The notes under the pieces: model-generated | The model's input: only the letters and a program-made list of their open reading frames with translations | Databases searched by the model: none | What the model was told of the DNA's origin: nothing | Shown here: in pieces, positions 1-8,267 of the stretch | Layout of the letters: each line of letters opens with the position of its first letter | How positions within the stretch are numbered: position 1 is the first letter of the stretch | DNA from: Chloroflexia bacterium | Lineage (GTDB): Bacteria; Chloroflexota; Chloroflexia; QHBQ01; JAICKM01 | Assembly: GCA_050998805.1 (NCBI GenBank) | Contig: JBPCPV010000015.1 | Coordinates: forward strand, 145,423-209,422 | Direction: 5' to 3' | Length of the DNA: 64,000 nt | Made by a program: the position numbers and the translations under genes

Positions 1-746
1 CGCAGGTAGATCTTGCGGCCCAGGTCGATCAGCACCGGGTGGATGCTCCCGAAGTCGGTGGGCCGCCGCAACTGCACGATGGGGTGGCGGCTCGGGACTA
101 TCGGTACGCTGACGCCGATCGGGTCGAGCAGCCCCGGCCCCCAGACGTTCGCCGCGACGACCACCCGCTCCGTCGCCACGAACTCCCCGCCGATCTCCAC
201 GCCCTGCACCCGCTCGCCGCGGACGCGGATGGCCGTCACCGCCGTACCGAGGCGGAAGGTCGCGCCGAGAAGGGCGGCTGCGGCGGTGTAGGCGGCGGTT
301 GTTGCGACCGGGTCGGCGTATCCGGCCTCCGGCTCCCAGCAGAAGGCGGCGGTGCCTCCGGTTTCCAGCCTCGGCTCGATCTCGCGCACCTCCTCCCGGC
401 CCACCAACTGCGTGCGTATGCCGATTGCCTGCTGCATCGCCACGTTGCCGGCCAGCGCCTCCGCCTCGCCAGGCCCCGCCAGCACAAGCATCCCGGTCTG
501 TCGGAAGCCTGCGTCGCCGCCGACCCTCTCGGCGAAGTGCTGGAAGACGCGGAGCGAGTGCATCGCCAGGACGGCGGTCGGCGGAGTGGAGTAGTGTTGG
601 CGGACGATGGCCCCCGACTTCCCCGTGTTGCCGCCAGCCAGCCCCCCGCGCTCGATCAGTGTCACATCGCGCACGCCGCGCAGCGCCAGGTGGTAGGCGA
701 GGCTAGCGCCGTGGCAGCCGCCGCCGATGATCACGGTGTCGGGCAT
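1..746 (-). CDS. FAD-dependent oxidoreductase (DAO family), N-terminal part; gene continues beyond window start
   Basis: Reverse-complement reading from ATG at 746 gives MPDTVIIGGGCHGASLAYHLALRG... (GxGxxG dinucleotide-binding motif). No stop before position 1. RBS-like GGAG upstream. Not in the ORF track because it runs off the window edge. Confidence 0.7.
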   Translation of the reverse strand, partial: MPDTVIIGGGCHGASLAYHLALRGVRDVTLIERGGLAGGNTGKSGAIVRQHYSTPPTAVLAMHSLRVFQHFAERVGGDAGFRQTGMLVLAGPGEAEALAGNVAMQQAIGIRTQLVGREEVREIEPRLETGGTAAFCWEPEAGYADPVATTAAYTAAAALLGATFRLGTAVTAIRVRGERVQGVEIGGEFVATERVVVAANVWGPGLLDPIGVSVPIVPSRHPIVQLRRPTDFGSIHPVLIDLGRKIYL

Positions 747-751
747 CGCGA

Positions 752-1585
752 CTAGCTCCGCAGCCCCGCGACAGCCGACCGCATCCGCTCGGCGAAGGCG
801 GCGTCGGTGATCGAGCCGAGGTTGATCTCGACGTTCGCGATCGCCCCGTCGCGCCCCGCGCGGGCCAAGAGTTCGGCCACGTAGGCGTCGCTGGCGACGT
901 TCGGGTTCGCCTTCGCCCGCGCGACCCCCGCCAGCCCGACCACCTCATCTGCCGCCCGCGCCACCCTCAGCGGCACCTCGCACGCCCCCTGCAAGGCCGC
1001 CTGGATCGCCGCCCGACGCGCCTCCTTCTCCCCGTCACTCCCCTTCGGCAGCTTGTAGGCCGCGCCCACCGCGTCGTATGCCTGGGTGTCCTCATCCACG
1101 GCTACGGCCAGCTCGGCCTGTAGCTTGCTCGCCCGCGCCAGCACGTCGCGGAGATCCTCCTCGACTGCCGCGAACTTCTCACGCCCCACCGTGAGGTTGC
1201 AGGCCATCGCCACCATCGCAGCACCCATCGCGGCGGCGAGCGCGCTACAACTCCCCCCGCCGGGCGTCGGCGACGGCGAGGCCAGCGTGTCGAGGTACTC
1301 TTTGACGCTCAGATCGATCAGGTTGCTCATAGTCGGCTCCTTCGAGTGGGCGCGGGCGAGGGCCTGCTTGGCGGCATGGCTCCGGCGGCGCAACCGGTAT
1401 TCCCTTTGCCTGGCCGCGCGCCCGTCCGCCGCTTCCTCGTAGTAGGCGAGGCTCACCGGCAGCCTCGCCCGCGTGTACCGCGCCCCACGGCCCCGCTCAT
1501 GCGCCGCCACCCGCCGCGCCAGGTCGGTCGTCCAGCCCGTATAGTATGTGCCATCGGCGCAAAGCAGCAGGTAGACGTAAGGCAT
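752..1585 (-). CDS. GIY-YIG nuclease-like domain fused in-frame to a formiminotransferase-cyclodeaminase/cyclohydrolase (FTCD_C-like) domain
   Basis: 277 aa ORF. The N-terminal ~86 aa ([32 protein letters not shown]...) match the UPF0213/GIY-YIG fold. The remainder ([49 protein letters not shown]...) is the cyclodeaminase/cyclohydrolase signature. No stop between the two parts. Confidence 0.65.
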   Translation of the reverse strand: MPYVYLLLCADGTYYTGWTTDLARRVAAHERGRGARYTRARLPVSLAYYEEAADGRAARQREYRLRRRSHAAKQALARAHSKEPTMSNLIDLSVKEYLDTLASPSPTPGGGSCSALAAAMGAAMVAMACNLTVGREKFAAVEEDLRDVLARASKLQAELAVAVDEDTQAYDAVGAAYKLPKGSDGEKEARRAAIQAALQGACEVPLRVARAADEVVGLAGVARAKANPNVASDAYVAELLARAGRDGAIANVEINLGSITDAAFAERMRSAVAGLRS

Positions 1586-1586
1586 T

Positions 1587-1640
1587 GCGGAGTGCGGAGT
1601 GCGTAGACTTGAATCTTACGCACTAACCACTAACCACTAC
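1587..1640. repeat. Tandem heptamer repeats (GGAGTGC)n then (CACTAAC)n
   Basis: gcggagtgcggagtgcgtag ... cactaaccactaaccactac seen directly. Related heptamer arrays recur at 2378-2405, 2536-2564, 46279-46303, 59274-59315 and 63084-63108. Confidence 0.8.
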
Positions 1641-2101
1641 GCCAGCTGGCGCGCGATTTGCGCGGTGTGCGCGGCGTCGTGGGAGATGATGTGCAGGGCG
1701 TGCGAGCTGATCGTGATCCGGCCCTGCTCTTCGTGCCGGCCGGTTCGCTCCCAGGCTGAAGGAGGGAGGGCCTCGAGGTCGGTGACGAACGCGGCCTGGA
1801 GCGCCAGGAAGCTGGCCCAGGCTTCGGCCAGGGAGGCGGTAGCGTAGTTTCGCTCACGCGCCCATTGCTCCTGATCGTAGCTCGGCAGCACCGGATCTTC
1901 CTCGTCCCTCATCGCCCGCATCCGCTCGATCGCCCGCTCCTGCGCGTCCCGCAGGTGGCAGACCACCTCGACCACCGACCAGTTCTCGTCGCCGCCGCGC
2001 GCCTCCCGCGCCTCCTCCTCCGTGCAGCCCGCCAGGAGCGCGCCTATCGTGTCGGGCGTGGCCCGCAAAGCGTCCAACAGATCCTTCGCTGTGTCGTACA
2101 T
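1637..2101 (-). CDS. DinB/DinB_2 family protein (metal-dependent four-helix bundle)
   Basis: 154 aa. Contains ...WSVVEVVCHLRDAQERAIERMRAM...HALHIISHDAAHTAQIARQLA with the His-rich pattern of the DinB_2 superfamily. Confidence 0.6.
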   Translation of the reverse strand: MYDTAKDLLDALRATPDTIGALLAGCTEEEAREARGGDENWSVVEVVCHLRDAQERAIERMRAMRDEEDPVLPSYDQEQWARERNYATASLAEAWASFLALQAAFVTDLEALPPSAWERTGRHEEQGRITISSHALHIISHDAAHTAQIARQLA

Positions 2102-3451
2102 GTGTCCCTCCGTAGCAGGCGGTAAGCGGTAGGTAGGCAGTTGTCAGTGGTCGGTACGTAGCTGGACGATGGCGATGTTCCCCACCTCCGCAGTATAACA
2201 TAAGCCCGGCAGGGGCGGCTATTGAAACCAACATAGATGGTTCGTAGTGAGCACTTCAGTGCTTCGTCGCAAGCCATGAGTCATCGAGGGCGAAGCCGCT
2301 CCCCGACAGACACTGCCCCGTGAGCCGTCAATAATCACCCGCCCGTACCGCTGGCGTCTCGCCGGCCCGTGTATCCCGCCGTACCGCCTACCAACCACTA
2401 ACCACCCACCACCAACCACTCGTCTGTGGGAGAGCGGCTCCGCCCTCGATTAGCTCACCTTCCGTCTGTGGGAGAGTCGCTCTGCGCTCGATTTGCTTAC
2501 AGCAGCCCCCTCCGACAGACACAGCCTCATACCATCCGCACTCCGCACTCCGCACTCCGCACTCAAAACATTCGTGTATTCGTGGCCCGTATTCGTGGAC
2601 GGCTTCGCAGCTACCCGCACTCCGCACTTGCCCCCCAAACCGCGTCAGATGCCTCTAGAACGCCCGTTCGCCTCCATACCGCTATTAGACTCTCCCGGCA
2701 TCCAGCCCGCTCCCGGCCATTCTAGAACGCCCCTCCCAGCTCACGTACCGCCGGCGTCTCGGCGGCCCCGCGCCGTACCGCCGGCGTCTCGGCGGCCTGT
2801 GTGCCACTGTCCAATCCACCGCCCCGTATGCGGGTGGCCCCGCCCCGCCTCCACTGTCATTCTGACCCCACCCACTGTCATTCTGACCCTACCCACTGTC
2901 ATTCTGAGCGAAGCGAAGAATCTCTGCTGACCACCGACCACTGACCACTGATGCCGCCTAGGTCTTTCGGAGTATCTTTGGACCAAAATCGCCAAAAAGC
3001 TCCCAAATCTGGCAGTAAATGACCCCTGAAATGGATATTAAAAGTGAGGGGGTAAAAATAGCGGGGCGAAAACCCCCTATTCCGTGCCTGAAAAAGAAAT
3101 AGCGCGGCCCCGCGCCGGGACGCGTGCCGGTGGATTTTGGCCGGTTTCCCAAAAATACTCCGATCGGAGTATCTTTCAGAATGAGGAGGAAAGTAGTGAG
3201 TAATCTCGTGCCTACTCCTACAGCCTACTCGCAAAAGGTTATCTAATATTAGCCGCCAGGCACGAAATATCAGCCGGAGGTCGCCCGCCGTGCCTGACGC
3301 TGCCCCTGAAAGCTGCTGGGTTTCTGATAATCGCTGGTAAGCGTTCAGCATTGCGTGTGCAGCTGGCGGCAGAAAGTCAGGAAACGTGATAGAATAGGAG
3401 CATAAAACGCTGCGTGTCGAAATCGCAGCCTACGGGAGGAGAATTGCCGGA
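2102..3451. repeat. Large repeat-rich non-coding region (~1.35 kb) containing several repeat families
   Basis: Contents: heptamer arrays (2378-2405; CGCACTC x4 at 2536-2564); three copies of CGTACCGC(C/T)GGCGTCTCG(G/C)CGGCC (2345-2370, 2745-2768, 2776-2800); direct repeat cgtctgtgggagagNcgctcNgcNctcgat x2 (2420-2500); gtattcgtgg x2 (2577-2600); three tandem cactgtcattctgac units running into a full copy of ACTGTCATTCTGAGCGAAGCGAAGAATC (2852-2923); ccaccgaccactgaccactg (2931-2953); perfect 18-nt palindrome atactccgatcggagtat (3155-3172). No ORF with recognisable product. Confidence 0.8.
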
Positions 3452-3751
3452 ATGATCAAGCTGATCGCGCTTTTCAAGAAGCCGGAGGATGTGGACGCCT
3501 TCGAGTTGCACTACAACGAGGTACATCTGCCGCTCATCCGGCAGGTACCCTATATGACCGAATTCGTTTCGAGCAAAGCCTGGGGCGCGCCACGGGGCGA
3601 GCCGGCATACTACCGGATGGCCGAGATGTGCTTCCCCGACCGCGAAGCCTTCGAGAAGGGCATGGCCTCCGACGAGAATCGAGCCTCCGGCAAAGACCTG
3701 ATGAGCTTTGCCCGCGATCTGGTGACGATTTTCTTCGTCGAGACGGAGTAG
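3452..3751 (+). CDS. EthD family protein (dimeric alpha/beta barrel)
   Basis: 99 aa starting MIKLIALFKKPEDVDAFELHYNEVHLPLIRQVP...; RBS GGGAGGAG 8 nt upstream of the ATG. Confidence 0.65.
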   Translation: MIKLIALFKKPEDVDAFELHYNEVHLPLIRQVPYMTEFVSSKAWGAPRGEPAYYRMAEMCFPDREAFEKGMASDENRASGKDLMSFARDLVTIFFVETE

Positions 3752-3755
3752 GGTC

Positions 3756-4706
3756 ATGGTTCTCTCCCCCTGGCACAGCCGCGATGCCGCCTCCTTCGGC
3801 TTCGAGAACATCATCTACAGCAAAGCCGGCGGCATCGCCCGCGTGACGATCAACCGCCCCCAAGTGCTCAACGCGCTCAACTGGGCGACGCTCCGCGAGA
3901 TGCAGGCCGCCTTCGAGGACACCTCCTGGGACGACGAGGTGGGCGTGCTGGTGCTGACCGGCGCAGGCGACCGAGCCTTCTGCACCGGTGCGGACCTCGA
4001 CGAGCAGCAGCAGTTCTTGGCGCGCCCCCACGACTACTGGAAGTGGATGGGCGCTTTCATCGAAGCCCACGACAAGCTGCGGAACATCGGCAAACCGACC
4101 ATCGCCCGGCTGAACGGCATCACGGTCGGCGGCGGCAACGAGTTCAACATGGCCTGCGATCTCGCGGTCGCGGCAGACGACATCTTCATCCGGCAGGTCG
4201 GCCCCGCGCGGGGCAGCGTGCCCGCGGGCGGCGCGACCCAGTGGCTGCCGATCATCGTCGGCGACCGCCGTGCCCGTGAGATACTGATGCTCTGCGAGGA
4301 GATCCCTATCGCGAAGGCCCTCGACTGGGGCCTGGTGAACCGCGTCGTCCCCCGGGCGGAACTCGACGCGGCCGTGGACGCAATGGCCGCCACGCTGCTC
4401 GACCGCCTGCCCACGGTCCTCCGCTACACTAAGCACCAGCTCAACTTTTGGCGCGACCTGAGTTGGAACATGACCGTGGGCCACGCCCGTGACTGGTTGA
4501 GCCTCCACTCGAACTCCGCCGAGGTGGCCGAGGGGCTGGCTGCCTTCCACAGCCGCCGCCCGGTTGACGTGTCCGGCCTGCGCCGCGCTCAGGCGTCCGC
4601 AGGCGAGGCGTCCACCTGGATCTGCCCTGTCTGCGCCGCCCCGATGCCGGCCGCCTTTGCCTTCTGCGGCAGCTGCGGCGCTAGGCGAGTACCGGGTCCT
4701 GAATAG
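3756..4706 (+). CDS. Enoyl-CoA hydratase/isomerase (crotonase) family protein with a C-terminal CxxC...CxxC tail
   Basis: Has ARVTINRPQVLNAL...LTGAGDRAFCTGADL...GGGNEFNMACDLAVAAD (crotonase oxyanion-hole motifs). The last ~35 aa are ...WICPVCAAPMPAAFAFCGSCGARRVPGPE (zinc-ribbon-like). Confidence 0.75.
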   Translation: MVLSPWHSRDAASFGFENIIYSKAGGIARVTINRPQVLNALNWATLREMQAAFEDTSWDDEVGVLVLTGAGDRAFCTGADLDEQQQFLARPHDYWKWMGAFIEAHDKLRNIGKPTIARLNGITVGGGNEFNMACDLAVAADDIFIRQVGPARGSVPAGGATQWLPIIVGDRRAREILMLCEEIPIAKALDWGLVNRVVPRAELDAAVDAMAATLLDRLPTVLRYTKHQLNFWRDLSWNMTVGHARDWLSLHSNSAEVAEGLAAFHSRRPVDVSGLRRAQASAGEASTWICPVCAAPMPAAFAFCGSCGARRVPGPE

Positions 4707-4716
4707 GGAGCAATCT

Positions 4717-5403
4717 ATGCGCTACACGGTCTATCTCGAAATTCAGGAAGACGGCACGACTATGGCCCACGTACCCGCGTTGCCCGGCTGCACCAGCACC
4801 GGATTGACGCAGGATGTCGCGCTGGCGCGGGTGCCCGACGCGATAGCCGCGTATAACGCCTGGCTTCGCACCCACGGCGAACAGGCGGTCCCCGCGACAG
4901 AGCCTGTGGAGGTCGTGATAGGCGGGTCTACGGAAGACGCCGACAACCACCTCGGCGACGAATCCGGGCTACTGCCGAGCGATCGCACGCCGTTGAGTGA
5001 AGACGACGTAGCCACGCTGATGCGCCTAATGTCCTACTCCCGGAGTGACCTGCTCTCAGCCGTGCAGGGCCTCAGCCGCGACCTCCTTCGCTGGCAGCCG
5101 TCGGCGCAGTCCGAACAGGCTGGCTGGTGCATTGACGACATCCTGGAGCATGTCGCCCGCGCCGAGCGCGTCTACACCAGCCGCCTCGACAGCAACATCT
5201 TCGACCTGATCGAGAGCGCCCGCCGCGACGCCATCGAGCGGATGTCGCGGCTGACCGAGGTCGAGCGCAGCCAGATGACCCAGCACCAGAGCGAGTTCTG
5301 GACGGCCCGCAAGGTCTTCCGGCGGTTCCTGGAACACGAGCTTGAACATCAGCAGCATATCCAGCAGATCTTGCATTCGTACCAGGCCGACCAGGGTCTG
5401 TAG
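4717..5403 (+). CDS. HicB-like (UPF0150) N-terminal domain fused to a DinB_2-like domain
   Basis: Start chosen at the ATG after RBS AGGGAG, giving MRYTVYLEIQEDGTTMAHVPALPGCTSTG... (HicB antitoxin-like fold). The C-terminal region has a DinB-like His pattern (...DDILEHVARAERVY...HELEHQQHIQQ). The track ORF 4564.. starts inside the upstream gene. Confidence 0.5.
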   Translation: MRYTVYLEIQEDGTTMAHVPALPGCTSTGLTQDVALARVPDAIAAYNAWLRTHGEQAVPATEPVEVVIGGSTEDADNHLGDESGLLPSDRTPLSEDDVATLMRLMSYSRSDLLSAVQGLSRDLLRWQPSAQSEQAGWCIDDILEHVARAERVYTSRLDSNIFDLIESARRDAIERMSRLTEVERSQMTQHQSEFWTARKVFRRFLEHELEHQQHIQQILHSYQADQGL

Positions 5404-5415
5404 GGAGGGATCGAG

Positions 5416-6204
5416 ATGCCCGACACGCCGACCGAGTATAGTTTTATCCGCGTCCGCAGCGAAGGCGCTGTGGGCATAGTCCAGCTCTACCGCCCCGAGG
5501 TGCTGAACGCACTCAGCACCTCGCTAATAGACGAACTGATCGCCGCGCTCCAGGCGTTCGACGCCGACGACCGGATCGGCTGCATTGTCGTCACCGGCAA
5601 CGACCGAGCCTTCGCGGCGGGGGCCGACATCAAGGAAATGGCTGAGGCCGGCACGGTCGAGATGTTGCAGCGCGACAACCTCGCCCGCTGGGAGCGCGTC
5701 CGTGGCATCAAGAAGCCGATCATCGCGGCTGTCTGCGGCTTCGCGCTCGGCGGCGGCAACGAACTTGCGATGAGCTGCGACATGATCATAGCAAGCGAGA
5801 CCGCCGTCTTCGGCCAGCCCGAGATCAACATCGGTGTGATGCCCGGCGCTGGCGGCACCCAGCGCCTCACGCGGGCCATCGGCAAGGCGCGCGCCATGGA
5901 GATGATCCTGACCGGGCGGCAGATGACCGCCCGCGAAGCCGAGCGCGCCGGCCTCGTAACCCGCGTCGTGCCGCGCGAGGTCTACCTAGCCGAGGCTATC
6001 TCCCTCGCCCAGGAGATCGCCTCGAAAGCCCCGCTCGCGGTGCGCCTAGCCAAGCAGGCCGTGCTCAAAGCCTACGAACTGCCCCTGCGCGAGGGCCTCG
6101 AAGCCGAGCGCGCCGCCTTCTACACCCTCTTCAGCAGCGAAGACCAAAAGGAGGGTATGCGTGCGTTCGTGGAGAAGCGCAAGCCGGAGTATAAGGGGCG
6201 ATGA
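5416..6204 (+). CDS. Enoyl-CoA hydratase (short-chain, crotonase family)
   Basis: 262 aa. Contains VVTGNDRAFAAGADIKEM...GGGNELAMSCDMIIAS...KEGMRAFVEKRKPEY, the classic Crt/PaaF-type signature. Confidence 0.85.
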   Translation: MPDTPTEYSFIRVRSEGAVGIVQLYRPEVLNALSTSLIDELIAALQAFDADDRIGCIVVTGNDRAFAAGADIKEMAEAGTVEMLQRDNLARWERVRGIKKPIIAAVCGFALGGGNELAMSCDMIIASETAVFGQPEINIGVMPGAGGTQRLTRAIGKARAMEMILTGRQMTAREAERAGLVTRVVPREVYLAEAISLAQEIASKAPLAVRLAKQAVLKAYELPLREGLEAERAAFYTLFSSEDQKEGMRAFVEKRKPEYKGR

Positions 6205-6222
6205 GCAGGTCGAGTTTACGAG

Positions 6223-8232
6223 TCAGGGTGTAGTATGCGTATCAACGACATCCAGCCCGATAGGCAGCGCCCCATAGCGTAGCTCGACCGCCAGCCGGTC
6301 GGTTTCTGCCTTGCTCAGATGGTTGAGCACGCCCTCGCCGTTCGGGACCACACCCTGGATGATCGGGCTGGCGATCACCTTCTTGTCCCACAAAATGGGC
6401 ATGTACTTGCCGATGTGGGAGGCAGTGAAGTCCTTTACCTTGCGCGGGCCGTCGCCCTTTAGCACGAACAACACTTCCGGCGTATTGGTCTGAGGGTCTA
6501 TTTGGGTAGTGACCTTCGTGCCGTCAACATCCGCACTCGTCACCACGTCGGAGTAGACCGGAGCATTGCTCGTGGGAGCCGCTTGGGGAGCGGCGGTCAG
6601 TTCGGCGGGTGTGGGACCGCCTTGCTGGGTCCTTACCAAAGTGCCCTCTGGGATCGCCTGGTCGCCGCCGTCGATCCATTCCATGTAGCCGCGCTCGCTC
6701 ACGGCGATGATCGCGCCGCTCGGGTCTTTCATCTGCGGCAACTCGACAACGATCCGGTTGCTGCCCTGTAGCGTTACCTGTGCTCCGCCCACGTTCAGTG
6801 CGCCCAGACGGGATGTGATCGCGTCGCGCGCCGCACTCATGTCACTGGGGCTTGCTGCGGCGTTGGCCTGAAGGATTACGGTGGTGCCGCCATGTAGGTT
6901 CGTCTGTGTAAGGGTCGGTTTAAGAGGCAAGGCCACGGTCGGCATCGGGGCCGGCTGGCCGGTGGGTACGACAGGCACGGCGGTTGGCGGCACCGGCACC
7001 GGCCGTCCGGTGGGAGTGGGTGGGCGCGCACCGGAAGTGCTGCTCCAAACGGTGACGATGCCCGCGCCCGCATCGAGCACGGCGAAGGAGTGCCCGTCGG
7101 GGGCTGCGGCCAGGCCGTCCACGGTCGCATCCAGGAGATGCATTGTCCCGCCCGCCACGTCGAAGAGCGCGACGGCGTCCTTGCCCCGCGGGTCGTCGTG
7201 GGTGCGGAAGGCGAGCAGGCCACTTCTGCCCAGCCAGGCGAGGTGCCCTGGCGTGGCGGCGCGGCCCAGAGTGCGGGTCGGTGTACCTGTCATGGGGTTC
7301 GAGATTACGGCCTCGCTCATCATCGTCCCCTTGTCCGGGAAGGTGATGCCAGCGACGGTTTGCCCATCGGGCGACCAGGCCGATACCCATAGCGGGAAGA
7401 AGCCTGCACTCGGCGAGACGACCGTCTGGCGCGTGCGGAGGTTCGTGATGCTGAGGCTGCCGCCCTGCACGATGGCGAGGCGCTCACCGTCGGGCAACCA
7501 CACCAGGTCGGTGATCGGCGGCCAGGGTGTGCTGGCCTCACCGGCGATGAGCGGGACCGGCCAGGTCGGCTGCGGCTGGGGCAGCAAGGTGCCGGTGGCC
7601 TGGTCGCGTAGGTGGATCGTCCAGCCGTCGGTATATGCCAGGGTGCGGCCGTCGGGCGACCAGGCCATAGCGGTGATGCGCCCGGTTTGCGGCAAGCCGG
7701 CGAGTTGCCTGCCGGTTGCCGGTTCCCAGAGGGCCACAAAGCCCTGTCCGCCAGGGTGGTCGGCAGAGCGCGTGACGAGCACCCGCCCGTCGGGTGCCCA
7801 TGCTAGCCCCACGAGGTTGCCCTGGCCGTTCGCGTCGAGCGTCTGGAGCAAGTGGCCGGTCGCCACATCCCAAAGAGTGATCCGGTTGTCGGGCATGCCG
7901 ACGGCCAGCGACCCTCCGTCGGATGCCCAGGCTAGTGGGACCTCGATCGCGCCGGTAGCTTTCCCAACCGGCAGGGTGATCCTGGGGGCAAAAGGTGCAG
8001 TCCCAGCACTCGGAACGCTCGCTCCGGGGGTGCTGGTCAGCGTTCCCGATGCAGGGTGTGCGGGTGTAGAGGGGCCGGGCGGTGCCGCGCTCGGTACGTT
8101 GATTATGTGCGGCGTGGCTGTGGGCTGCCCTCCAGGAACGGAGGGGCCGGAGTCACATGCGGTGCCGCCCAACAGGATCGCCGGCAATAGGATCAGGATT
8201 GGGGCTATGGCGACAACGGTTTTCCGGTTCAT
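6223..8232 (-). CDS. Secreted/lipoprotein with WD40/PD40-like beta-propeller repeats and a C-terminal SecD-like periplasmic domain
   Basis: Signal peptide MNRKTVVAIAPILILLPAILLGGTAC. Repeats of the form ...WSPDG..LA.... The C-terminus (...GSNRIVVELPQMKD... ...FTASHIGKYMPILWDKKVIASPIIQGV...LAVELRYGALPIGL) resembles the SecD/SecF periplasmic head but has no TM bundle. Confidence 0.55.
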   Translation of the reverse strand: MNRKTVVAIAPILILLPAILLGGTACDSGPSVPGGQPTATPHIINVPSAAPPGPSTPAHPASGTLTSTPGASVPSAGTAPFAPRITLPVGKATGAIEVPLAWASDGGSLAVGMPDNRITLWDVATGHLLQTLDANGQGNLVGLAWAPDGRVLVTRSADHPGGQGFVALWEPATGRQLAGLPQTGRITAMAWSPDGRTLAYTDGWTIHLRDQATGTLLPQPQPTWPVPLIAGEASTPWPPITDLVWLPDGERLAIVQGGSLSITNLRTRQTVVSPSAGFFPLWVSAWSPDGQTVAGITFPDKGTMMSEAVISNPMTGTPTRTLGRAATPGHLAWLGRSGLLAFRTHDDPRGKDAVALFDVAGGTMHLLDATVDGLAAAPDGHSFAVLDAGAGIVTVWSSTSGARPPTPTGRPVPVPPTAVPVVPTGQPAPMPTVALPLKPTLTQTNLHGGTTVILQANAAASPSDMSAARDAITSRLGALNVGGAQVTLQGSNRIVVELPQMKDPSGAIIAVSERGYMEWIDGGDQAIPEGTLVRTQQGGPTPAELTAAPQAAPTSNAPVYSDVVTSADVDGTKVTTQIDPQTNTPEVLFVLKGDGPRKVKDFTASHIGKYMPILWDKKVIASPIIQGVVPNGEGVLNHLSKAETDRLAVELRYGALPIGLDVVDTHTTP

Positions 8233-8267
8233 GGCTGGGCTCCTTTATATTCCGCGCTCCCATACAG

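Noticed and set aside
39-755. 238-aa + strand ORF (and overlapping ORFs 13-291, 299-706, 352-594)
   Set aside because: Arg/Ala/Pro/Gly-rich low-complexity translations typical of antisense frames in high-GC DNA. The opposite strand encodes a clean FAD-oxidoreductase N-terminus with a GxGxxG motif.
2852-2923. Possible CRISPR array (three near-identical ~20-nt tandem units)
   Set aside because: The units are directly adjacent with 2-3-nt differences and no spacers. They are truncated copies of the dispersed 29-nt element. No cas genes are present.
3534-4550. 338-aa - strand ORF (and 3377-3814)
   Set aside because: Opposite to the EthD and crotonase genes, which have clear family signatures and RBSs. 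The shadow ORF is low-complexity.
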